From: an uncultured bacterium
GTDB lineage: Bacteria > Chlamydiota > Chlamydiia > Chlamydiales > SM23-39
Length of the DNA: 64,000 nucleotides
Direction: 5' to 3'
NCBI GenBank assembly: GCA_964456885.1
Contig: CAYWDE010000001.1
Location: forward strand, 112 to 64,111
The translations under genes were made by a program, and so were the position numbers. The notes beneath the pieces are model-generated. The model saw only the letters and a list, made by a program, of their open reading frames with translations. It did not search any database and was not told where the DNA came from. Positions 26,415 to 34,627 of this stretch are shown here, one piece after another. How positions within the stretch are numbered: the stretch's first letter is position 1; every line of letters begins with the position of its first letter.

Positions 26415-26619
26415 TCGATTCAATATTTGATTTGCTGTCTTTACTTTACAAAAGACAACTTCTGAAAGCAAGTGTTAGTCCTTTAGCAAAGGCGTCAACC
26501 TAGGATGCGTTTTATCTATCTGGAACATATGTCTCTCTAGATACCGAAAATTTTAAATAAGATATTGACGCATCATCCTCTCGCAAGTTAAATTACGTGG
26601 ATGCTTCATTAGGAGGAAA

Positions 26620-27882
26620 ATGAACCGTTTAGAATGTTTGCAAACTTACCCTATCCAATATCGTAAGATCTTTTATTTTGCTGCTCCAACGGTATTTATT
26701 TTCTTTGCTTTATCACTCCTAATAGGCTGTTTTGGATTCTCTTTTCAAGAGGCTCAAACTTATTGGTACATTCCTGCCTTTATAGGTGGAGCTTTTACTT
26801 TGTATGCCTCTCAAAACATTCTTTTTACCGAAGAGGAACAGAAAATGTCTCGGACTAAGAGAGATATTGAAGCAGACCCATTACTCCTGAAAGAAGAGTT
26901 AGAGAGATCAAATCGATTGATAATGCCCGTTATTAAAGGATTGGTGAGCGTCCTAGCACTACTCCTTCTTCTGCAATCCCCTTTTTCCAGGGAGCTAGCA
27001 CAAGTAGCAGACTTAGTCGCTCTATGTTGTTTTCTTGGTGCAGGGGCCTATTTTAGGCAAGTCCTTCACATTTATGTAAGAACCCCCGGAATCTCAAATG
27101 AAGAGACTAATGAGAGGCTTGCTCAGAGAGGCCTATTTCAAATCTATGGGTGGGCGACGATAGGGTTTTTCTTTTTAAAAACCCTAGGTCTAAAAGGAAA
27201 AATAGGAAATTTTTGGAGCGGATTTCCAAATTTACAGCTACCAATTTTTTTACTAATAATAGCTCTAACGGTATACCTGGTAGGGGTTATAGGTATATTG
27301 TTAGAAATCTCTGCCAAAAAAAGAACCGAAAGAGCTTTAAACGGCTTTTTTAATGCTTGCATTGCTTTTGGAAGCACATTCCCTATTGTATGGCTTTATT
27401 TTTATATGCATCCCTTTCTTTTTGTAGATATCCCTGCTTGGTTAATCCAGCTACCAGGCTTGCTACTTGTGGTTGTAAATAGCCTCGGCATTTATTTTTC
27501 ATTTCAGCCCAGTTTACAAGAGAAGATATGGGGGAATAGCTGCTTATGGTTTGTAAAATATGGGGAGCAGGTTTTGATCTATATTTTTTTCTGGGCTGCT
27601 GCCGTTCTTTATGCTGATATGGATCCAAAGATAGCTGCTATAAATTATGGAGCTGTTTTTGCATTTATGTCTTTATCTGGGGTGAAGAGGCCGACTTTAG
27701 CTATTATAGCCATTGCTGTTATGGCTGCTCCCTTCCTTTTCAAAAGCGAGGAGCTTCCAGCTAAGATAATGGCTCGCAAGATATGTGCTGGAAAAGTCTA
27801 TCAAATAAAAGAAAACAGCTCTTCTTTAGAAGTAGCTGATTCTAAAGTAGCACTGGAGACTGAAGGTATCATCAGGCTTTAA
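26620..27882 (+). CDS. polytopic membrane protein (about 10 TM), hypothetical
   Basis: 420-aa ORF, GGAGGAAAA SD, many hydrophobic segments. Confidence 0.6.
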   Translation: MNRLECLQTYPIQYRKIFYFAAPTVFIFFALSLLIGCFGFSFQEAQTYWYIPAFIGGAFTLYASQNILFTEEEQKMSRTKRDIEADPLLLKEELERSNRLIMPVIKGLVSVLALLLLLQSPFSRELAQVADLVALCCFLGAGAYFRQVLHIYVRTPGISNEETNERLAQRGLFQIYGWATIGFFFLKTLGLKGKIGNFWSGFPNLQLPIFLLIIALTVYLVGVIGILLEISAKKRTERALNGFFNACIAFGSTFPIVWLYFYMHPFLFVDIPAWLIQLPGLLLVVVNSLGIYFSFQPSLQEKIWGNSCLWFVKYGEQVLIYIFFWAAAVLYADMDPKIAAINYGAVFAFMSLSGVKRPTLAIIAIAVMAAPFLFKSEELPAKIMARKICAGKVYQIKENSSSLEVADSKVALETEGIIRL

Positions 27883-27940
27883 ATTGTTCAGGGGATTCTC
27901 AGAAGAGTTTTGCTGTTTTAAGAACCAGGGGGCCCGTAGA

Positions 27941-27958
27941 TTGTCCAACGTTGGGCAA
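27941..27958. repeat. P-box copy 4 (TTGTCCAACGTTGGGCAA, one arm mismatch)
   Basis: Read directly, between convergent genes. Confidence 0.85.
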
Positions 27959-27994
27959 AATTAGCAGATAAAATAGACCAGGAGATGGGGGTCA

Positions 27995-28022
27995 TTAACG
28001 GGGGTTTTTGTTCCATTTCTCC
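27995..28022 (-). repeat. R repeat copy f (degenerate; TTAACGGGGGTTTTTGTTCCATTTCTCC)
   Basis: Aligned by eye to the reverse complement of the R consensus. Confidence 0.55.
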
Positions 28023-28045
28023 TTAAACCCCTATTGTAGTGGGTG

Positions 28046-28081
28046 CTGAATAATGTGTCCAACGTTGGACACATTATTCAG
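28046..28081. repeat. P-box copy 5 (36-bp perfect palindrome CTGAATAATGTGTCCAACGTTGGACACATTATTCAG) overlapping the traD_F stop codon
   Basis: Read directly. A half site AACGTTGGA follows at 28092-28100. Confidence 0.95.
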
Positions 28082-29837
28082 ACCCAAAAATAACGTTGGA
28101 TGCATCATTTAATGATTGAATCGATATTTGATCCTTTCTCAAGAATGGTTCGCAAATTCTAGGGATGTCTTGGTATGCCAGCGTGATCTTTGTTATAGGA
28201 AGATTTCCAGGAACTTTTACAAAGGCTTGATGAATGTCGAGGGACTGAATTTCGGTGGCTGAGACTACCGGGGAAACCTTGTTATGGGAGGATAAGTTAA
28301 CACCATCTCTCATCTCGTGGGCCCCGTAAGAAATAGACTCTTGGAATTCCCTCATCTCCCTTTCTCCAAAGGTTTTTGAAATACGCGCAGCGATTTCCGG
28401 ATCTTGTTCTGCAAAAGCTATTCTAGTCGAGCAATTTCCAATAATGATCCGAGTTAAATCCCGCCCATAAATCATTTCCAATTGAGAGGGACTTTGGAGG
28501 GCTAACATTGCGCATCCTCCAAATTTGCGGATTTCAGCGAGACAAGTCTCTAGATCTTTTAGTTTATTCAAGCTAGGAAGTTCATCCGCAACAAACCATA
28601 AGCGTCTATCAAAATTTGGTTCCATTTGGAGAAGGCTTCGCATAGCCGTTGAAAACCAGGCTGAAATGAGAGGCGTTACGGAAGCTCTTTGGCCTGTTGT
28701 TGAGCAGAGAAAAAGCCAGCTGTCCCCTGTCCCTTTTTGGACCCAGTCTCGGATAGAAAACGGGGTTTGAGTATCCTCAAAAAGCTCTAAGCATTCTAAG
28801 AAGGAGGCAGCTATAGCTCGGATCGACCCTGCGGTTCTTTCTGAATTAGTGTCGAGAAAAGAGGCTGCCTTTGTATTTTGCAAGTTCTTATAAAGCTGCT
28901 GAAGAGGAAGATAGAGCAAAAGCTTCACTACTTCGGAGATTTTTCTTTCGACGGCTTTCATTTCCAATGTAGAGCTGAATACTTCTTGAGCGGCTTTTCT
29001 CCAGAAATTCTCGTCTTCGCTATGGCTAGATGGAATAAAGCTTTGAGCCAATGTTTTATAATCATATGGTTCTCGGCATTCACACCAGGGATGCCACGGC
29101 ATTCCCCTTCTATCGAAAGGATTCAGTAAGATATCCTTTCCTTCTCTGAAATACTTGGAAACGAATTCGCCAGAAGTATCCACGATGACAGCTCTTTGCC
29201 CATTCTTCCGGATTTGGGGTAAAATGGTATGGAAGCAATTTGTCTTCCCACTCCCCGTTCCCCCAGATATGAGGATATGCCGTGTTTCAGAATCCTTGAG
29301 AAGAGGCATAGAGCCTAGCTTGAAAGGAGAGGCTTTTCTACCTAAGGTGATCCGCAGTACCATTTGCCAAGGAGCAACTTTTTTCTGGCCTGTGATATGT
29401 TGCTTTCTTCTAGCAACAAGGCCTTTTACAAGAAAAAACAGCATTAAAGCTGAAAAGATTTTCAAAAGCAGCATGGAAGTAGCTTTTAGATTTTCTTTCG
29501 TTTTTTGCCAAAGGACAGTTAGCTTTTTTGCCGAGACCTGTTTTAGCCTGTCAACTCTTATATCAACCGTTTTCCCGGAGTAATGACGATTCTCAATTTT
29601 CCCCCAGAACTCGGTATTAACGGGAACTTTAGCTTCAGAACCCCCCAAAAACTGGGCTTTTCCATAATACCAGGCTGATTCGTAGTATATTTTAGGGATT
29701 TGAACCATGCGGTATCCAAAAAAACTAATCCCGATGGCCAAAGAAGAGAGCATTGCGATCCGGACGACCTGGCGCACCATTCGTACTCGATGAGCCCAAA
29801 TTTGGCCCCCTTCTGCAATTGTTTTAAATATGCCCAT
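28074..29837 (-). CDS. traD_F: type IV coupling protein (TraD/TraG/VirD4 family, F-type TraD-like)
   Basis: Two N-terminal TM segments. Walker A ILISGGTGSGKTN, Walker B RLWFVADELPSL. ILLNPFDRRGMPWHPW. Confidence 0.9.
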   Translation of the reverse strand: MGIFKTIAEGGQIWAHRVRMVRQVVRIAMLSSLAIGISFFGYRMVQIPKIYYESAWYYGKAQFLGGSEAKVPVNTEFWGKIENRHYSGKTVDIRVDRLKQVSAKKLTVLWQKTKENLKATSMLLLKIFSALMLFFLVKGLVARRKQHITGQKKVAPWQMVLRITLGRKASPFKLGSMPLLKDSETRHILISGGTGSGKTNCFHTILPQIRKNGQRAVIVDTSGEFVSKYFREGKDILLNPFDRRGMPWHPWCECREPYDYKTLAQSFIPSSHSEDENFWRKAAQEVFSSTLEMKAVERKISEVVKLLLYLPLQQLYKNLQNTKAASFLDTNSERTAGSIRAIAASFLECLELFEDTQTPFSIRDWVQKGTGDSWLFLCSTTGQRASVTPLISAWFSTAMRSLLQMEPNFDRRLWFVADELPSLNKLKDLETCLAEIRKFGGCAMLALQSPSQLEMIYGRDLTRIIIGNCSTRIAFAEQDPEIAARISKTFGEREMREFQESISYGAHEMRDGVNLSSHNKVSPVVSATEIQSLDIHQAFVKVPGNLPITKITLAYQDIPRICEPFLRKDQISIQSLNDASNVIFGSE

Positions 29838-29903
29838 TTATTACCTTGTATTCTTTCAAGCCTTCTTGAGATATAAACATCATTTACTCAGAAAGACAAG
29901 TGA

Positions 29904-29928
29904 ATTCACCACGCAATGCGTGGTGAAT
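29904..29928. promoter_or_regulatory. 12-bp-stem palindrome ATTCACCACGCA-A-TGCGTGGTGAAT between the ATPase-1 stop and the traD_F start
   Basis: Read directly. Role (terminator or operator) unknown. Confidence 0.4.
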
Positions 29929-29963
29929 GTGCGATTGATTAGTATTAATGCTTGTAGCCAGGT

Positions 29964-31412
29964 TCATTTTTTACCCTTCTCTTGAAGAAGATCTCCAAAA
30001 TTGATAATTTTGTCGAAGTAACCGGTATCCAGAACGTTTTCTTCTACCCCATTAACCTGAATAAGAATAGGCCGGATTGAAAAGTGTCTAGGAACCTTTA
30101 GGCGCTTTCTTTTCTCTTCCATTTCATCAATAACTTTGCTGCCTATAGGGTTTTTAGAAAACTTGATTTCACATAAATACAAATTGTGAAAACGAGTTTG
30201 AATCATGTAGTCGATTTGACATCCAGGTTGTCTGCTTGTAGGACTTTGAAAAAAGGGGCCTTCCATCACTATTTCTTCCGCAGAAACACCCACCATTTCC
30301 CATAGAGTTTTACGATTATGCACAACAAGGTTCTCAAACTGTAAGCCCATGATGCCTTCCCATCCAGGAAGTCTATTGAGTATTGAGGTAGAAAGATTCT
30401 CTTTTTCAATTTTAGAACGATTCGGCGCAATATACTTCAGATAAAATCGCAAGTAATTATCGCTTAAACGATAGCGGCTCAGTTTTCCTTCTTTTGCACT
30501 TTTTAGATCCCATGTAAAATCTCTTTTCACGAAGCCAGCTTTGACTAATTCGTCGAGATAATTGCTATATATTCCTCCTTGGTTTTTCCCTAATTCTTTA
30601 CAAATTTGTGCTAGCTCTTTGGGTCCATTCGCGAGACAAGTGACAATCGCTTTATGGCTAGTTTTGCTACGTGAGAAAAGATCAGAAAATATTTCGTCAA
30701 ACTCTCGCACCAGCAATCCTCCCTTGGTAAAACAAAGGTCTCGAATATTTTGTTCTGCAGGAAGATTGGGCTTAATTTGTTCAAGATAGAGTGGAACTCC
30801 CCCGGTTATAGATAAAAGTTTGAATTTTTCATAAGATGCAATACGTTTTTCCTTCGGGTGCCAGAAAGCATCGCAGACGTACAAAGGAAGTTCTTCAAGA
30901 ACAAGATCAATGGTAATTCGTCCCAGAAAGCCGGTACTGCTGAGAATGTTTTTTTCAATCCATGAAGATATTGATCCGCAGAGAGCGATAATTAGATAAG
31001 GATTTTTGCTAAAATACATATCCCAAGCGGTTTTCAATTGGCCTAGGAAATGAGGGTCCTTCCCTCCCATCCATGAGATCTCATCAAATACGATTAGGAT
31101 GCGCCCTTTTTTAGTTTCTTTAGAGAGATGCCAAAAGAGATTACCCCAATCATCTGGCTTAATGCCAGGAATGCCTGCTCTCTCGAGCTGACGTGCAAAG
31201 TCGTTACGTTGAGACTGAGCTGTTGTCTCTCGAACTGGTGGAGTTCCAGAGAAGAAAAAGCTTTTCATTTCTTTTCCAAACTCTGCAAGAAGCCTGCTTT
31301 TCCCGATGCGTCTTCTGCCGCGTACTACGATAAGACTGGCACTATTTTTGTCTAAAAGGCCTTTAAGCCTACTCATCTCGGCTTCCCGCCCGATAAACTG
31401 GGATGGCTTCAT
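29964..31412 (-). CDS. ATP-binding protein, archaeal-ATPase (PF01637-like) N-domain with DUF234-like C-terminal region, paralog 1
   Basis: FIGREAEMSRLKGLL...LIVVRGRRRIGKSRLL (Walker A). VFDEISWM (Walker B). C-terminal QIDYMIQTRFHNLYLCEIKFS nuclease-like/DUF234-like block. Confidence 0.65.
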   Translation of the reverse strand: MKPSQFIGREAEMSRLKGLLDKNSASLIVVRGRRRIGKSRLLAEFGKEMKSFFFSGTPPVRETTAQSQRNDFARQLERAGIPGIKPDDWGNLFWHLSKETKKGRILIVFDEISWMGGKDPHFLGQLKTAWDMYFSKNPYLIIALCGSISSWIEKNILSSTGFLGRITIDLVLEELPLYVCDAFWHPKEKRIASYEKFKLLSITGGVPLYLEQIKPNLPAEQNIRDLCFTKGGLLVREFDEIFSDLFSRSKTSHKAIVTCLANGPKELAQICKELGKNQGGIYSNYLDELVKAGFVKRDFTWDLKSAKEGKLSRYRLSDNYLRFYLKYIAPNRSKIEKENLSTSILNRLPGWEGIMGLQFENLVVHNRKTLWEMVGVSAEEIVMEGPFFQSPTSRQPGCQIDYMIQTRFHNLYLCEIKFSKNPIGSKVIDEMEEKRKRLKVPRHFSIRPILIQVNGVEENVLDTGYFDKIINFGDLLQEKGKK

Positions 31413-31698
31413 GTTCCTCTCCTAATATATTTAGGACACAGCATACCTTGGCTGGAGTATAAAATCAATCTGCAAACATGCATTTTGCTGATTTGCAGAT
31501 AGTTTTTGCGACTATATAAAATATCTGTAAATCGACAAATTGTACTTTTGCTGATCGTTTTTGAACCCTAGAAAAGCATCCACAAAACAGTAAAGCATTG
31601 ATTTTAAGATGCTTCAATAGACGCGAACTTACTTTAAAATCATGTAAATCAGTTGCTTAAAAACCTGTCTTTTGCTCGGGCACTTGCTTTTTTCTTAA

Positions 31699-31720
31699 TT
31701 GTCGCACAGCTGTGCGACAA
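31699..31720. repeat. Q-box copy 1 (TTGTCGCACAGCTGTGCGACAA, compensated arm variant)
   Basis: 22-bp perfect palindrome, 287 bp upstream of the ATPase-1 start. Confidence 0.9.
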
Positions 31721-31891
31721 ATGTAAACGGCTGAAAAATAATTTTTTAAATTGTGGTAGTCACAGAAAAAGGGAAAAATTGTACGCTAAGGCTTGTCTAA
31801 ACATCAGTTCTCTTGCGAGACATTTCGGCATAAAACCCCTTTTGCATAGGTTTTGGCAGATAAATGATCTCTAAAAAATGACTCCAACCTA

Positions 31892-31916
31892 ATTGTCCCG
31901 ACATTGTCGGGACAAT
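31892..31916. repeat. Q-box-related palindrome ATTGTCCCGACA-T-TGTCGGGACAAT
   Basis: 12-bp arms sharing the outer ATTGTC/GACAAT with the Q-box. Confidence 0.8.
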
Positions 31917-31935
31917 CTGTATATGGGTTTTATGA

Positions 31936-31959
31936 AGCAATGGAACAGAAAACTCCGTT
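31936..31959 (+). repeat. R repeat copy b (AGCAATGGAACAGAAAACTCCGTT)
   Basis: Read directly. Confidence 0.8.
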
Positions 31960-32092
31960 CTAGATACTTTTATCCTATCGAGAAAATTGGATTCCGCTAT
32001 TTGGGGATAGACCCAACAATCGTGTCACCACAGGCGCCACTCGATGAGTCCGAACGTGACCATCCTTCTGCAATTGTTTTAAAAAGCCCTAT

Positions 32093-32959
32093 TCAGCTTT
32101 TCTGTTTTCCAGAAGAAATCAAATCTTTAAAAAACTCTCTTAAATCGCCAATTACTTTCTCTAGTTGCACTGGTTCATGAGAAATGCTCTTGAGGAACGC
32201 ATCCCATTTTTCTTTTTTAGTTGGATTTGCGTAAAAGGATTCAGAAAATGCTTGGGGCATGCCTTCAATAACCGTCCAGCGATTTTTAAGAACTTGTCGG
32301 ATAATGCTTTGCAGTTCTTCTCGATCCATATCGAACTGCTGAATCAGAAGCCAAATATCGTAAAAATCCTTCATTCGTGTGTTAGCCAATCCCCAACGAA
32401 CAATGGACTCAAATTTCTCTGCAATCAAAGTTTGTAGAGTATAACCTTTGAGTTCAGGAGCTGGAAGATCAAGAAGAGGTGGATACTTTATTTTAACAGG
32501 TTTAGGTAGAATAGTGTCACTAAACCCAAAATCTATTTGCATTGGAAGTTTTGCTGTAAAAATCTGCGCGGAAAATGAGGCACTCACCCCCTGGTATTCA
32601 GCTTCCATTTGAGTCTCAACTAACTTTAATGAATCGGCTGCATAAATAACACCATCAGGTCCGCCATCAATGGAGCAAATATCTTGTATGATCTTATGTA
32701 AATTAGGGAGAGCATTGGAGGTTTTAGCAAGCAGGTCGATATCAATTGTTGCTCTATGACTCATTGGATCCCATACCATGAGCATGAGCCCACCCTTTAG
32801 ATAAAATAAGTCACGATAGGGAGAAATGCTCAATCGGTATAAGAAACGCTCCATTACATAATATTTCAAGATTTCTTGTACGGGTCTTTTCCGTTGTTGA
32901 GCTAAATGTTTCAAACGACTATAAATCGACTCAGCAATATTCTTTTTTGATTTTTCCAT
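32093..32959 (-). CDS. abiEii: AbiEii/AbiGii-family nucleotidyltransferase toxin (type IV TA), pair 1
   Basis: ERFLYRLSISPYRDLFYLKGGLML...RATIDIDLL is the characteristic DUF1814/AbiEii N-terminal motif. Confidence 0.88.
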   Translation of the reverse strand: MEKSKKNIAESIYSRLKHLAQQRKRPVQEILKYYVMERFLYRLSISPYRDLFYLKGGLMLMVWDPMSHRATIDIDLLAKTSNALPNLHKIIQDICSIDGGPDGVIYAADSLKLVETQMEAEYQGVSASFSAQIFTAKLPMQIDFGFSDTILPKPVKIKYPPLLDLPAPELKGYTLQTLIAEKFESIVRWGLANTRMKDFYDIWLLIQQFDMDREELQSIIRQVLKNRWTVIEGMPQAFSESFYANPTKKEKWDAFLKSISHEPVQLEKVIGDLREFFKDLISSGKQKS

Positions 32960-32961
32960 CT

Positions 32962-33567
32962 CTATTGGCTCATGATTGTTTCCATGATTGGCTGAAGAAT
33001 TTTTTCAACTCGATTTAACCGTGCATATTCAAACAATCTATCGATGTTAATGCTTTTCCTCCGTGAATACATTTTCAATGCTTCAAGCACTATATCCATT
33101 CCAATTTTTTTACGAAATTTGACACAATCCGCTAATGTCTTTTCCAGATTATATATCTTAACTGGGTATCCCCCAATTATCTCGGTTGAAATCCCCGAAT
33201 TATATCCCTTTGCAGAATACCTAAAATATCGTAGTGGAGGATAATCTAGACGGGATTTTCTGGCTTTTATTGGGATTGCAACATATACAAAATGGGGGTT
33301 TTGTGTAGTCATTTCATAGTAAGAAAGAGCTGAGATTAAACAGATAACTCCATGGGGAATTTTTTTGGAAACAAGAACTAAATCTGGTTCAGAAAAATCT
33401 GGAAATTCAGCTAGCCTATAAACCCCTTTCGCGAGTGGCTCCAGGATCTTTTGATCGCGCATTTGATATAGAGTTCGGGGATGAATGCCGAGCCGGATAG
33501 CTTCAGATGTCCGAAGCAACCCATGGTTGTCTTTAAAAATCTTTACAGCTTTCTCTATTGGGCTCAT
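32962..33567 (-). CDS. abiEi: AbiEi-family antitoxin/transcriptional regulator, pair 1
   Basis: N-terminal wHTH GLLRTSEAIRLGIHPRTLYQMRDQKILEPLAKGVYRL. Lies 2 bp upstream of abiEii. Confidence 0.85.
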   Translation of the reverse strand: MSPIEKAVKIFKDNHGLLRTSEAIRLGIHPRTLYQMRDQKILEPLAKGVYRLAEFPDFSEPDLVLVSKKIPHGVICLISALSYYEMTTQNPHFVYVAIPIKARKSRLDYPPLRYFRYSAKGYNSGISTEIIGGYPVKIYNLEKTLADCVKFRKKIGMDIVLEALKMYSRRKSINIDRLFEYARLNRVEKILQPIMETIMSQ

Positions 33568-33685
33568 TGGATAGAAATGTCTATAAATATTGTCTTTTAT
33601 CTACATTCTTATCCAAAAAAACGAGATTTGTCAAGGCCATTTGTGAAAATAGACTGTTTTATGATCTGCTTTTTCTATTTTTTCT

Positions 33686-33711
33686 AATTGTTCCACAGCT
33701 GTGGAACAATT
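33686..33711. repeat. Q-box copy 3 (26-bp perfect palindrome AATTGTTCCACAGCTGTGGAACAATT)
   Basis: 119 bp upstream of the abiEi-1 start. Confidence 0.95.
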
Positions 33712-33759
33712 GTAAATACTTGGAAAATAGCTAGTTAATGTTTTATACAAGGCTTAGAG

Positions 33760-33884
33760 TTTAGGAGCCACCGGAATAAAAACTCCGTTATCTGAGCCGG
33801 GCTCCCCCAGGGGGAATTATGCGGTGACCATCTGGGCTCGTTCTCCTTAACGGAGTTTTCTGTTCCATTGCTCCCTACCCCCCA
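33760..33884. repeat. MITE-like unit: two inverted R repeats flanking a 53-bp spacer
   Basis: TTTAGGAGCCACCGGAATAAAAACTCCGTTA (33760-33790) and TCCTTAACGGAGTTTTCTGTTCCATTGCTCCC (33844-33875). The spacer holds TCCCCC-A-GGGGGA. Confidence 0.7.
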
Positions 33885-33955
33885 TAGTGCCGCAAGCTGT
33901 GGCACCGTTTTAAGTCTCCTGTATCAGGGCTCAAGCCTTTTGTTAACAACATCTT

Positions 33956-33984
33956 AATTAGTGCCATCACTGCTGGCACTAATT
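33956..33984. repeat. hairpin AATTAGTGCCA-TCACTGC-TGGCACTAATT (second copy, loop inverted)
   Basis: Same stem as 20573-20603. Confidence 0.85.
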
Positions 33985-34508
33985 GAGGGTGGGCCGTGAT
34001 TCTGAAGGAATGCGCCAGAACTGGTCTTAAATACTTCACTACAAAATGGTTTTGTCTCTTGGGTAGTATTTATAGATGAAATCTCCTTGTTGGCAAGAGA
34101 TGCGATTCCCAACCCTCCTTCTTCCTCTGATTACGACAAAGCTTGCTGATTTCTTTCTTAGTAAGAGGCTTAAATTGCCCAGCTCTCTTTTTCTTCCTAT
34201 AGACTTCATTCACACCGCTATTTTATGTCATTTCCATGAGGTAAAAAAAGGGTCTTAGATTACCTCATAGGAATAACAAATGCCAATTTTGTGAGAAATG
34301 CATGGCGTAAATCGAATGGTAAAATAAACTTTTAATTTTATTCTCGATTGGAATCGCATCAATCTGACCGGTGACTACATGTTGCATAGCAGTATCAAGA
34401 CCAAGTCCTGGTAAGATCACTACGAGTATTGCCAGGGGCCTTAGCGTACGATTTTTTACAAATTCTGAGGCTACCCCCTCTTCTCTTTTCTAAGACGCCT
34501 CTATTTGA

Positions 34509-34540
34509 TCCTTAACGGAGTTTTCTGTTCCACTGCCCCC
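34509..34540 (-). repeat. R repeat copy d (TCCTTAACGGAGTTTTCTGTTCCACTGCCCCC)
   Basis: Read directly. About 90 bp downstream of the ATPase-2 stop. Confidence 0.85.
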
Positions 34541-34627
34541 TAACCCCCATAATTAGCATGTTAAATGGGTTCAAGAAGACGAGAAAGCCGCTCTATCTTC
34601 GGAAGTTCGTACTTAATTTTTTCGTTA

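Noticed and set aside
28046-28081. P-boxes as ordinary Rho-independent terminators
   Set aside because: Most copies have no T-tract on either side. Three lie inside coding sequence (traA_Ti, traU, traA leader), and two flank a promoter. Termination may occur at some copies but does not explain the family.
31653-32180. ORFs 31653-31874 and 31893-32180 (+), and similarly 33481-33687, 34076-34258 and 36261-36536
   Set aside because: They run across the Q-box palindromes and R repeats or into the 3' end of abiEii. They use weak starts and are low-complexity. They are treated as non-coding repeat regions, although 34.0-34.5 kb may hide decayed gene fragments that I cannot identify.
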